Source: Candidatus Woesearchaeota archaeon (GTDB lineage Archaea; Nanobdellota; Nanobdellia; Woesearchaeales; UBA525). Taken from it: a DNA stretch of 64,000 bases. The translations under genes and the position numbers were made by a program. This document shows, in pieces, positions 8,259 to 18,279 of this stretch (positions within the stretch are counted from its first letter, which is position 1; every line of letters starts with the position of its first letter). The notes beneath the pieces are model-generated. The model was not told the origin of the DNA, searched no databases, and saw only the letters and a program-made list of their open reading frames with translations. Location of the stretch: positions 192,598-256,597 of the forward strand of contig JAPPOH010000001.1 in NCBI GenBank assembly GCA_028818155.1, in the 5' to 3' direction.

Positions 8259-8293
8259 GTTTCCGGTATCTCCCGGAAACCTTCCGGGTTTTT
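8259..8293 (+). promoter_or_regulatory. Three-segment alternative hairpin (TTCCGG / CCGGAA / TTCCGG) followed by GTTTTT
   Basis: GTTTCCGG-tatctc-CCGGAAAC (8-bp stem) shares its 3' arm with CCGGAA-acc-TTCCGG, which is followed by GTTTTT. It lies 57-91 nt upstream of the 8350 start. Confidence 0.4.
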
Positions 8294-8349
8294 CATCGAT
8301 ACTCAATTAAAGAACACCGCATTACCATGCAAAACAGGCCAAAACGGCC

Positions 8350-10143
8350 ATGGGGGATACAATGAACAAACTACTCGCATACGCCACGGTACTCTTACTC
8401 GTACCACTCGTCCTCGCGATGCCGCGAGGAACACTTGAAGAACGACAAGCATTCCACGATACTGTCTCACTCGCATCGAACACGTACACATGCGGGGACG
8501 GCATTCGTTGCGAAGCGTACATCAACATTCCGATTCGTGATCGAAAAGCGATCGCGCGCAACAAAGATATTTTCTTCAGCCTTGCATACCTCAACGGCAC
8601 AGAAAGTAACTACACGATCAACTATGAAGTGGGACACTACGAGAAGAAGAAAGAGCGAACATATGTACAACGCTGTCGTACCGTGCAAGAGCGGAATGGC
8701 TCAACAGGCGAGCGGTGCAGAAATGTCCCGCGAACAAAGCAGGTGCGAGAGCTCGTGTGGCACGGCCAACACTTCGTGCCGGGCATGAATGTCTTACACC
8801 TGTGGTCTGATGACAAACCAGCAGATGCAATCGTCGACTGGAACTTCCGTATACCTGAAACGCCTGTGCAGATGCGACACAAGAACACAGAGAAGATGTT
8901 CCGCACAGACTTTGACACGCGCGTGAAGGGCTGGGCGATCTGGGGGGACCCTGACTGGGAGTGGCAGAATAGTAGCTTCAGTAAACGACGAACATTCGCA
9001 CTTGACGAAAGCGGAAGGACAAACACACCGGTCCTTGTCACGATCGCAGACCTCAGCACAACGGGGAATGGATTTGCAGTCTACACAGAGCAAGACGAGC
9101 AGAAACCACTCACGTACCTTGATGCAGAGGAACACATCACAACACCGGGGAACGCAACACACATACTCTTCACGGCTGATAGTGGGGAGACCTACTTTCT
9201 CTATTATGAGAACACAACAGCAGTCCCAGGAACAAACGCCTTTCTCGTCTGGGACAGGTTCACTGACTCGACAAATAGTCTGCCATGGACGGAGCGCCTT
9301 GGCTCGTGGACCTATACAACTTACGCGAACAAAGCAGGCATAGGCCACGTGACGTACGATGTAGCGAACCTCTATGACTACAAAGATCTTGGCACGTTCG
9401 CCCGCGTCCTCTACACGACAAGAGGGGATGGCCTCAGGTTCGCGTGGCGTGACAGTACTACAGGAAATTTAGGCGCTGACGGCTCACGGATGGTTTGTGA
9501 CTTCGGCCCGAGCAAGTACCGATGCTTCGGTAACGGGTACGCAGACCTGCGCGGGAATGGTGGCGCAACGAATGTGTGGCATGATTACACGTTCCGCATT
9601 GGGACGTCAGGGCTCATCCTCTATGAAGATGAAGGCGGCCCACTCATCACATTCACCACGCCAAACGATGCGCAAATCGGCCCCGCAACACAAAACCGTG
9701 TTGGGATGGGCGGACAAGAATCTGGCGCTGGACGGTTTGATGACTATGCGCTCTGGAACTGGACGCTCCTCGGCAGAGTCAACTTTTACGACAGTCTGAG
9801 TACCACCTACCAGCTTGGCGCTGAACAAGGCGGGAGCAGTATTGATGAGGAAGCTGCACGAGCAGCGATCTACGACGGACTAAACCAATCAGTGCTCGCA
9901 GGAAACTATAGTGCAAGCGAAGACCAGGACCTTGTCGTCAGGTACCAGAACGGCACGATCATCGAGGACACCCTAGATATCTTCGTTGCGAACGGCATGA
10001 CGCGCTGGGCGTTCGACTACACAAACACGACAGCGACAAGCATCGTGAACATCACACCTGCCTTTTACGTGTGGACAGGGATGGGGATGACCGCATCAGA
10101 GATCATTGACAGCGTACGGACATTCGTGGATGGAACTGCATGA
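8350..10143 (+). CDS. Secreted DUF2341/LamG-like protein
   Basis: Signal-like MNKLLAYATVLLLVPLVLA. TYFLYYENT resembles the DUF2341 YYGN block. GRFDDYALWNWTL resembles a laminin-G/ConA-like C-terminal strand. Many N-x-S/T sequons. Confidence 0.45.
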   Translation: MGDTMNKLLAYATVLLLVPLVLAMPRGTLEERQAFHDTVSLASNTYTCGDGIRCEAYINIPIRDRKAIARNKDIFFSLAYLNGTESNYTINYEVGHYEKKKERTYVQRCRTVQERNGSTGERCRNVPRTKQVRELVWHGQHFVPGMNVLHLWSDDKPADAIVDWNFRIPETPVQMRHKNTEKMFRTDFDTRVKGWAIWGDPDWEWQNSSFSKRRTFALDESGRTNTPVLVTIADLSTTGNGFAVYTEQDEQKPLTYLDAEEHITTPGNATHILFTADSGETYFLYYENTTAVPGTNAFLVWDRFTDSTNSLPWTERLGSWTYTTYANKAGIGHVTYDVANLYDYKDLGTFARVLYTTRGDGLRFAWRDSTTGNLGADGSRMVCDFGPSKYRCFGNGYADLRGNGGATNVWHDYTFRIGTSGLILYEDEGGPLITFTTPNDAQIGPATQNRVGMGGQESGAGRFDDYALWNWTLLGRVNFYDSLSTTYQLGAEQGGSSIDEEAARAAIYDGLNQSVLAGNYSASEDQDLVVRYQNGTIIEDTLDIFVANGMTRWAFDYTNTTATSIVNITPAFYVWTGMGMTASEIIDSVRTFVDGTA

Positions 10144-13100
10144 AGCTCTTGTTTGTGTTTTGTGTGAGCATGCTGCTCCTCATGAACTGCGCGTACGGGA
10201 TGCCAGAACAGAAGCTCTCGCCACGAGCGAAGGCGATGCTGGAAGCACACCCTGACATGCCGAGAGAACTCATCATCCAATACAAGAAAGAGAAGATGCA
10301 CATGATGCGAACAAAGCACACGGACGCATGGAAGCACAAGCGCGTGCGCGCAGAGCGAATGAAGCTGGCAAGACTGCACGCAGACATGCAGGACATTGAG
10401 CGCGTCGAGCTGGATCAGGATATCACGACGAAAGAACTCACGTGGAACGTCGAGCGCGTCGCAGGTATGTGGACAGGTGCTGGCGGATCTGGCGTGACTG
10501 TCGCAGTCCTCGATACAGGGTTCACACACGACGACCTTGCTGTTACAGGATGGAACGTCCTGCTTGAGAACCAGAATAGCACGGATACGAACGGGCATGG
10601 CACGTCAGTTGCGAGCGTTGTGCATGCTGTGGCGCCTGAAACGGCGATTGTACCCGTAAAGATTATGAATACGAACATCGGAAGTTTAAGTGATGCGATC
10701 GCGGGGTTGTCATGGGCGATAGAACAAGAGGTGGATGTTGCTGTGTTGAGCTTTGGCTTCCCTGAACGATCAGAGATCTTCAACGACCTCGTACAAGAGG
10801 CGTATGATAATGGGATGCTCCTCGTTGGCGCGTCCGGAAATGACGGGGGCCCAGTGTTATATCCAGCAGCGTATGACGATGTAATAGCTGTTGGCGCAAC
10901 GGAAAGTGATGATACACTCGCAGGGTTCAGCAATCGCGGATTTTCGCAAGAACTTGTTGCGCCAGGCGTGGACGTTCCTGTCATGACTCTCACAGGATAT
11001 GGCACTGCTACTGGTACGTCGCTTGCAGCCCCACACGTCGCGGGGGTTGCCGCGCTCTTCCTGAGCGAAGGACGTTCATCGAGTGACACTCGTGCCTCCT
11101 TACGCTCGGGCGCGCTTGATCTTGCACCTGCGGGCAAGGATAGCAAACACGGCTTCGGGTTGGTACAGGCTGTCCTTGCTGATGGAGAGGTGAATGACTC
11201 TTATTCGTATGACGTGTATAATGTAACAGATTATGGCTTAGAAAGCGAGACGATTGTGTACTGGACCTCTGGGGTTGGCACAATAGATAATCTTTCTTTC
11301 GCGGACGGCGTGTATATTGTGACGCGGGACGGCGTGAATAGCACGATGATTGTTGGAGAAAATGGCAGTGTTGGCACGCTTGCTGTTGGGGGCGACTTAC
11401 TCTTCTTTGACTCGTACACAGTTGATGGCACGGACATGGATGGTGCGCTCTGGGTAGGAGATACAATCACGATCGGTGTTGACCCGGCAACAACGCCATT
11501 GCCCTTCTCTGTCTTGGATGGCGAGTGTCATAGTGGTGATGGGGACCCGAGCTCAAACTTTGACGCGTGCTGGTTTGATACAGCAACAAAACGTGATGAC
11601 TGTGATGCGCACACGGGATTCGTTCATTGCGGGAGTATCACCTCGTGCAATATTGACGATGTTGGTGAGAACAGAACTGGTATTGTGGATACGAGCTCCA
11701 CGTTGTACCAGAATCAGCGCGCGCGACTCTATGATAATTGCTTTGACACGGTGCCTGATTTTTGGACGACGAATGAGCGGTATGTGCTCGTGATGGATGA
11801 GAAGCGCTCCACGTGTGTGAATAGCACGCACTACGCGTACGAAGGACGATATACAGGAAGCAATTGGGCAGCGTACCATACGGATGCGTGCCCTGGTTCT
11901 TGTGTGCAAGGACTGACTACTACGGAAAGCTCGAGGAATATACCATTGAGCCCGCCGTGCGATGGTTGTGTGGGGAGTGGTGTTGTTCGAGCGATCGTTG
12001 CGGTTGATGGCAGCGCTGCTGTGGGGTATCCTGTCCGGCTGAACAATGTATATGTTGGCGAAACTGATAGTGTTGGCACACTCGACATGCATGTGGGTGC
12101 AACTGGCTGTAGTGTTGCACAAGATGTAACGGTGTATTGTCAGGATAATACAACTGTGTGTGGCACGGATTCGACGTGGCTTGGCGCACTCGATGACACA
12201 GACTCCATGCTTTTTGACTGTACGTTAGCGTGCGGCTCTGGGAATGACTTGTATATGGAGCAAGCTGCTATTGTTGTTGCTGGGACAACAGTGACGGTTG
12301 GCGTCTCCTCTGTTGGCGTGACTGCCTCGAATGTTGCTGTACGTGTCGTCCGTGGGACTGCTGAGAATTTCTTTGCTGAGACAAGAGAAGATACAATCAG
12401 TGTGACGCCTGGCACTGTAACGGATGCGTCTGTAACCTTTAATGAATTAGCAGATGGGGATGTGCTGCGTATTTGGCTGGATGATACGCATGTTGTTGCA
12501 AACGAAGATAATACGAATAATTACGTGGAGCGGCAGGCGTTTAAGGATGTGAAGGTTCACATTGACTTCGATCTTCCTCCGCAGTTCAGTGTTTTAGAAG
12601 ACATATTCACTGAGTATATAGGTTCTGTGGCGGAGATTGTTACTCCTGGTGCTGCTGATGTACTACTTGAAGTAAAAACATACAAAAAGCCATTTTTTGG
12701 CGGGAAAAAATTCGTTATTGATGGCGAAGAGCAAGACAAACCATTCGCTGTGCGAATCAGTAAGGAGTTCACAGGTAAGCAGGAAATCACTGTTGAAGGA
12801 AAGGATATTGAAGGAGTTATCGTTGGACTGAAGCGATTTGTTGAGCGTATGCAATTCTTTGCTGCTCGAGGAAATGAGGAAGTATATTTGAAGGATACAG
12901 ATCCATTTGGCGTACGTATTTTTGATCAACTAGTTGCAGATGGAACGAATATTGTTCGAGATAATAGTCCAGCGGCGAGAGCGCTTGTTCGTGACGTGCT
13001 GTTTGATCAGAATTTCGAGGTTGCGATAAAACCAGTGAAGACGCCATTTGGTGCTTCCTATCCTGGCGATGTACTGTTGCGAGTGAAACACGTGAATGCT

Positions 13101-14060
13101 GATGTGAGTGAAGATTATCGAGAAGCATTTGGGGTTTCTACCAATCCTGTTGTGTTTAGCGGCGGTCTCTTTTCAAATATCGAAGCGTGGGAGGGGGATG
13201 GCGGCCTCGCTGCACAAATGGCTCGTGAAGGATGGGATGTGTGGTCTATCGAGATGACTGGTGGACCGAATACTGAGTGCGACACGTGTCCAAACTATAC
13301 GTACAGTGATCTTGTTGATTTCCACTGGCCAGCATCGATTGCCGGTGTGATGACATACGCAGATACGAATAAGATTGACTATGTCGGACACTCGAATGGT
13401 TGTCGTGCTGCATTAAGTTCCTTACATGAGTATTCGAATAGCGGGAAGAATAGTGCCGGCTATTATTTGGATGAGACTGGGTCGTTTGCTGCAGCTGATT
13501 TGCCAGCACTCCCTGTTGATCGTTTTGTTGGAGTGGGATGTCCGAGTGTGTTGAATGAAGAAAGTACGTTCACAACTGTTTCCCGTATTAGTCGCTCTAC
13601 CGGAGAGAAGAATGGCGATTTTGCTATCAGAAAGACTTCGAGCAAGAAGCATGTAAACCTCGGCGACTACTCAAAGTGGCTTGTAACTCCTGATGTTTTA
13701 CTTCCGCCACAAATTATTGGAGATGATATAGCACGTGTGATTTTTTGGACTGGAGCAACACTCGTTTCTCCAAATAAAATTTCACACAATTTGATGAACT
13801 TCTATAGTGACCTTGCTGTTAATCCATCAAGTTCTTTGAACTTTAATGGTGTGAATGTGAGTGAATTGCATTTATTTGCTACAAAAATGAGCGATATTGT
13901 AGTTCCAATCAATGACTCTTATGATATAGAAGATGACGTTAAGATTAATCAAGACGATAAGAGCATAATTGTTTATGAACTCCAGCCATTTGAGACAGAC
14001 CACGTTTTTATTAAAGACTTTAAAGAGTTTATAGATGAAGCTAAGGTGATACTAAAATGA
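10140..14060 (+). CDS. Subtilisin-like serine protease (S8) fused to a long C-terminal region containing a lipase-like alpha/beta-hydrolase domain
   Basis: S8 triad blocks VAVLDTGF (Asp), NGHGTSVASV (His), GASGNDG (Asn) and GTSLAAPHVAG (Ser). Lipase nucleophile elbow DYVGHSNGCRAAL near residue 1090. ATGA overlap with the upstream gene. Confidence 0.85.
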   Translation: MKLLFVFCVSMLLLMNCAYGMPEQKLSPRAKAMLEAHPDMPRELIIQYKKEKMHMMRTKHTDAWKHKRVRAERMKLARLHADMQDIERVELDQDITTKELTWNVERVAGMWTGAGGSGVTVAVLDTGFTHDDLAVTGWNVLLENQNSTDTNGHGTSVASVVHAVAPETAIVPVKIMNTNIGSLSDAIAGLSWAIEQEVDVAVLSFGFPERSEIFNDLVQEAYDNGMLLVGASGNDGGPVLYPAAYDDVIAVGATESDDTLAGFSNRGFSQELVAPGVDVPVMTLTGYGTATGTSLAAPHVAGVAALFLSEGRSSSDTRASLRSGALDLAPAGKDSKHGFGLVQAVLADGEVNDSYSYDVYNVTDYGLESETIVYWTSGVGTIDNLSFADGVYIVTRDGVNSTMIVGENGSVGTLAVGGDLLFFDSYTVDGTDMDGALWVGDTITIGVDPATTPLPFSVLDGECHSGDGDPSSNFDACWFDTATKRDDCDAHTGFVHCGSITSCNIDDVGENRTGIVDTSSTLYQNQRARLYDNCFDTVPDFWTTNERYVLVMDEKRSTCVNSTHYAYEGRYTGSNWAAYHTDACPGSCVQGLTTTESSRNIPLSPPCDGCVGSGVVRAIVAVDGSAAVGYPVRLNNVYVGETDSVGTLDMHVGATGCSVAQDVTVYCQDNTTVCGTDSTWLGALDDTDSMLFDCTLACGSGNDLYMEQAAIVVAGTTVTVGVSSVGVTASNVAVRVVRGTAENFFAETREDTISVTPGTVTDASVTFNELADGDVLRIWLDDTHVVANEDNTNNYVERQAFKDVKVHIDFDLPPQFSVLEDIFTEYIGSVAEIVTPGAADVLLEVKTYKKPFFGGKKFVIDGEEQDKPFAVRISKEFTGKQEITVEGKDIEGVIVGLKRFVERMQFFAARGNEEVYLKDTDPFGVRIFDQLVADGTNIVRDNSPAARALVRDVLFDQNFEVAIKPVKTPFGASYPGDVLLRVKHVNADVSEDYREAFGVSTNPVVFSGGLFSNIEAWEGDGGLAAQMAREGWDVWSIEMTGGPNTECDTCPNYTYSDLVDFHWPASIAGVMTYADTNKIDYVGHSNGCRAALSSLHEYSNSGKNSAGYYLDETGSFAAADLPALPVDRFVGVGCPSVLNEESTFTTVSRISRSTGEKNGDFAIRKTSSKKHVNLGDYSKWLVTPDVLLPPQIIGDDIARVIFWTGATLVSPNKISHNLMNFYSDLAVNPSSSLNFNGVNVSELHLFATKMSDIVVPINDSYDIEDDVKINQDDKSIIVYELQPFETDHVFIKDFKEFIDEAKVILK

Positions 14061-14542
14061 AGGTTGCGTATAGCTTAATTTTGGGCGCTGTAATGACTTA
14101 CTTTTTTAGCTATAGTACTTTGGTCATTCACAGTCCTTCTGGTGCAAACATTTTTGCAACTTTACTTTTGTTTGCAAGTATTAGTGCCGTGGGTTACTTT
14201 ACCTACGACTTCGTTGTCTCAAGAAAGTATGGGTTGGAGCTATCATCTAGCTTGCTTGCAGGTTTAATTCTAGGATTTATTTATTCTATCATTATAGTGA
14301 TATATTCTAGGTATTTCCTGCCTAGTGATTTCAATACAGTTATTCAATTTAACAAGGATTCTAGACTATTTTTGCCATTCATCGTAATTTTTACTAGTGT
14401 TCTTTGGACTTTTATGAAGTCGAAGAAAATTAGAATTGGTAGAGTCTTGAAAGTTCTCGGATATTACTTCCTTGCTTTTTTAACAAGTGGAACTTTATAC
14501 TACTCAATATTTATGATTTACTTCCTCGTTGAATGGAGTTAA
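14057..14542 (+). CDS. Hypothetical polytopic membrane protein
   Basis: 161 aa with 4-5 hydrophobic spans. AT-rich. 4-nt overlap with the protease gene. Confidence 0.55.
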   Translation: MKVAYSLILGAVMTYFFSYSTLVIHSPSGANIFATLLLFASISAVGYFTYDFVVSRKYGLELSSSLLAGLILGFIYSIIIVIYSRYFLPSDFNTVIQFNKDSRLFLPFIVIFTSVLWTFMKSKKIRIGRVLKVLGYYFLAFLTSGTLYYSIFMIYFLVEWS

Positions 14543-14543
14543 A

Positions 14544-16655
14544 ATGACAAAAACAAAACTAACAAAGTTGGCACTCACCCTACTTATAAGTATCTCGACG
14601 ATATCTCTTGCGTATGCAATGACTGTCGATGAGCTCATTGAAAGCTACGATTACGACTACGTTGGCAGCGTCAACGTCACGAACGCAACAGACTACCTCG
14701 ATGACACACTCACTATCAACATCACAACGAACACAACAGGCAACTACTACGTCACAATAACTCTTTTCGACACGATCACACTCACAAACACGACAAACAC
14801 AAGCATCATAGCAAACCAGCCAACAAGCATCACGTTCAACGAGAGAGACTTGCAGAAGAACCAGTACAATTACACGATCGAAATCCACGATCAAGACCTG
14901 AACCTCCAGTACAGGAAGTACAAGACAGCAACAAACGTGTACGCATTCGAGCAAGGAACACAAGTCACCAGCATCACAGACCAGAACACAGGGAACATCT
15001 ACCTCACAATAACACTCAACAACACCATCAACGAGACAACAAACGCCACAGTCTACCTCGACTACAACAATCACACAATCCAACACACAGAAACCGTCAC
15101 GATAACAGCACCACACGACACGATCACCCTCACCATCCCAAACGAGACGATCAAAGCAACACACTACAACGGACCATACACCATCAAAACACTCCAGCTC
15201 GGCACTACATACATCCAAACAAATCACACAACAGCATCGTACAACTACGAAGACTTTGCAACAGACTACATCAAGAACATCACGATCACAGAGATAGATA
15301 ACAACAGCAACAACCTCACGGACGAGCTCATTCTGACTTACACTGTTGTGACTGGTGGCGGTCAGTACACTGCTTCAGGGACCCTCGCACGGTCAACGGC
15401 GCACACTGCTGCCACCAGCACAACTCTCCCGGCAGGGACGAGCGAGATCACCCTCACAATACATGGGGAGGACATCTACGCAGCGAAAGAATCCGGCACG
15501 TTCACACTCGTGAGCGCAACGCTCACAGGACCAGCAAACGATTCCATTAACAATGCGCTCACAACAGAACTCCAATACACGAGCTTCGAGCCGCCAGCGA
15601 GACCAGATATCACGCTCACACTCGTACAAGCAGAGCCATTCATCGTCACCGTCGCAAACGAAGGAGCAGTGCCTGCAGCAAACATCATAATTGACATTTT
15701 CAACGATGACGTGTACGAGAACCAAACTGTCATTAACACATTGAACGCGAGCGAAGCAACAAATCTCACGTTCCACCCACCAGCAAACACGATCGTCACA
15801 GCAATCGCAGACTTCAACAACGAGATAGACGAGGAAAACGAGACGAATAACATCGTGAACAACCTCGAGGCAATCATGAACGTCCAAATCTCTTCCCTAA
15901 GTGCTGGCATACTCGAAGGTGTCATCGCAAATAACGGTAACCAACTCTTGGAAAATGTCTCATGGAACCTTTCATTCGGTGATGGAACAACGCTCGCAAG
16001 CACAGCTGCCACGGACCTTCCACCCGGCGAGCGCACCATCATCATCGCAGCACACACCTACCCAGGTGGCACGTACAACGCAACCCTCACCGGCATCGCA
16101 AATGAAACAGCGGAAGCAACGATCACCATCGATGCACGGCCAATAACTGTTGAGCCATTCACAACACTCTATGAGCAAGACACGCACATGGTACTTGAAG
16201 GAAGTATTACAGGGGGTACAACAGGCACCATCACAATAGGAGAAGAGACACGCCCAGTCACATTCAACACACCGATCGTTCTCATCGAAGCAGCATTCCA
16301 GCAACCAGGACTCAACACACTTAACGTTTCTGCCACGAGCGACGGGTTTACTGACACACGCGTGATCACGACAACGATTGCGGAGCTCTTCCTCGAAGCG
16401 GTACAACTCGCAGCAAGTGGCACGACAGGCATCATCGAGTTCACCGCACAAAACCTCTTTGAGCAGAACACCACATTCAACTGGACGTATGATACAGGAA
16501 GTGTTATCCTCCCAGGGAGCGAGATCACGCTCACAAACCAGAGCAATGTGACAGTACTCCTTGAACATGACTTCGGCAGCACGGGAACATATGCAACGAC
16601 TGTGCTTGCAGACACAAGGACAATCTACGAGGAAGCTGTGGAGGTGGTTGTTTGA
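14544..16655 (+). CDS. Secreted Thr/Asn-rich CARDB-domain protein, probably heavily N-glycosylated
   Basis: Signal peptide MTKTKLTKLALTLLISISTISLAYA. CARDB-like block VTVANEGAVPAANIIIDIF...ADFNNEIDEENETNN. At least 15 N-x-S/T sequons in the first ~280 aa. Confidence 0.7.
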   Translation: MTKTKLTKLALTLLISISTISLAYAMTVDELIESYDYDYVGSVNVTNATDYLDDTLTINITTNTTGNYYVTITLFDTITLTNTTNTSIIANQPTSITFNERDLQKNQYNYTIEIHDQDLNLQYRKYKTATNVYAFEQGTQVTSITDQNTGNIYLTITLNNTINETTNATVYLDYNNHTIQHTETVTITAPHDTITLTIPNETIKATHYNGPYTIKTLQLGTTYIQTNHTTASYNYEDFATDYIKNITITEIDNNSNNLTDELILTYTVVTGGGQYTASGTLARSTAHTAATSTTLPAGTSEITLTIHGEDIYAAKESGTFTLVSATLTGPANDSINNALTTELQYTSFEPPARPDITLTLVQAEPFIVTVANEGAVPAANIIIDIFNDDVYENQTVINTLNASEATNLTFHPPANTIVTAIADFNNEIDEENETNNIVNNLEAIMNVQISSLSAGILEGVIANNGNQLLENVSWNLSFGDGTTLASTAATDLPPGERTIIIAAHTYPGGTYNATLTGIANETAEATITIDARPITVEPFTTLYEQDTHMVLEGSITGGTTGTITIGEETRPVTFNTPIVLIEAAFQQPGLNTLNVSATSDGFTDTRVITTTIAELFLEAVQLAASGTTGIIEFTAQNLFEQNTTFNWTYDTGSVILPGSEITLTNQSNVTVLLEHDFGSTGTYATTVLADTRTIYEEAVEVVV

Positions 16656-16695
16656 TAGATCATGTAGAGAGTAAACTGATTCAATATTAACAGGC

Positions 16696-18279
16696 ATGGT
16701 AAAATTGGGAAAGAAAAGAAAAGAAAGTAAAGAGATATTCAGCAAGAAGTTCTTCTTACTTTGGTCAATTCTTTTCTTCTTTCCTTATTCGCTGTCATAT
16801 GCAGGGCACTTAGGATCTGTTGTGGGTTTCGAGCCACTTACACTTCCTTATTCTATCTTAATTGAAGCAATGTTCTTTTTCCCCTGGTTCTTTCTTATAA
16901 TCTATTTTTTTCCGACCAACCTGATAATGAGTTTTGTCGCAGCAGTCTTACTTGCAAATATGTACATAGAGTGTGAGCTTTTTAGGAAGTGTGTAATGAA
17001 AACATACAGAATTCTATGCAATAGGAAGACTTCCATAATCTTGAGCTGTATTTTTTTGTGCTTCTTTCTTGGGATGAGCTACAATCATTTACTTTTTGAA
17101 CACAACAAAAACTTAGAGAAAGACAAATTCTGCAAGTTTATGATTCCCTCAGATTCTAAGAGTTTCTGCTACTTTCAACTAGCAAAGAATTCAGAGAAGA
17201 AGGAAGATTGTGAAAAAGCTACTAGCCACAAAGGATGTAAGAAGATAGTTGCAGAAACAAGAACGCTGGATGTTTCAATTTGCGGTGATCCAAGTGCAGG
17301 TCATTCTGGTAGCTGCGTACGAGATGTAATTTTAAGTGTTGAGAGTGTCATGCAAAGAAGAATCAACTCAGATAATTTTTGCACACCTGAGGATGATATC
17401 TGCTTGGTTGATAATTTCAAATTGAAATACACTGTTGGAAATATGAAATTATTCTTGAAGGTAAACTCGAATGTTGAAAGAGAAGTAAGCGTATCTAGCA
17501 CACTATGCAGGTCATATGATGGGATTTTCAAGCCTGTAGAATGTAGGATTATGAACTATTCAGAGCATATTCTAAAAAGCGGAACGAATGATATAGTGTT
17601 AGAATACTCTGCAGATGAGTATCTTAAGCAGAGACTGGCTTATGGAAAGCCAATTGGTATTAAATTTATCAAAATTGATTTGCCAAATGGATCTTTCGTG
17701 GGTGCGTATGATTTGGAGTATGTTGGAGAGTGGTATCAAATAAAAAATGAGTATATTCGAGATGCAGAAGAGCGAATCACGGATACGAAAATGCATGACT
17801 TATTTATGGGGAATGTCAGCTCAGAAACTTGCTCTGCTATACAAAGTGTAGTAGAGGAATCTTACAATAAAAACACTAAGAGCTTAACAGATGTTCCCAC
17901 ATGGCTATGTTGGCTCAAAAGTACGGACTGTTCTGGGGCTAACGATTGGGGTTATGAATGTGGCTTTGCTAGAGATGGCAGAAGCCTATCATTTTGTGAA
18001 GATAACCCAAGATGTTCTTGGTCAAATATACTTCTTGAAGGAGGAGTCAAAAGAAATTACACTGGCTTCAGAGAAAATGCTTTCTGGTCTATTGTTAACG
18101 GAAATATCAAAACATGTTACAATAACCAAGGAATGCTTGACTATTGCCTCAGAAACACAGGTTTGCTCTGGTTAGACTGTGAAGCATGCTCTCTGATGCT
18201 GAACACAACAGGTGAGATGATTTGCAAAAAAACAATAGAGATGCTCTCAGATGGAAAGATTATGTGTGATATCACATGA
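16696..18279 (+). CDS. Hypothetical membrane-anchored Cys-rich protein
   Basis: N-terminal hydrophobic spans followed by a roughly 380-aa Cys-rich domain. About 33% GC in one hand-counted line (16861). Confidence 0.55.
   Translation: MVKLGKKRKESKEIFSKKFFLLWSILFFFPYSLSYAGHLGSVVGFEPLTLPYSILIEAMFFFPWFFLIIYFFPTNLIMSFVAAVLLANMYIECELFRKCVMKTYRILCNRKTSIILSCIFLCFFLGMSYNHLLFEHNKNLEKDKFCKFMIPSDSKSFCYFQLAKNSEKKEDCEKATSHKGCKKIVAETRTLDVSICGDPSAGHSGSCVRDVILSVESVMQRRINSDNFCTPEDDICLVDNFKLKYTVGNMKLFLKVNSNVEREVSVSSTLCRSYDGIFKPVECRIMNYSEHILKSGTNDIVLEYSADEYLKQRLAYGKPIGIKFIKIDLPNGSFVGAYDLEYVGEWYQIKNEYIRDAEERITDTKMHDLFMGNVSSETCSAIQSVVEESYNKNTKSLTDVPTWLCWLKSTDCSGANDWGYECGFARDGRSLSFCEDNPRCSWSNILLEGGVKRNYTGFRENAFWSIVNGNIKTCYNNQGMLDYCLRNTGLLWLDCEACSLMLNTTGEMICKKTIEMLSDGKIMCDIT

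Noticed and set aside
14580-16745. Minus-strand ORFs of 148-257 aa (Cys/Val-rich) opposite the CARDB gene
   Set aside because: They are artefacts of ACA/ACG/AAC-rich Thr/Asn coding on the plus strand. The plus-strand product has a signal peptide and a CARDB block.
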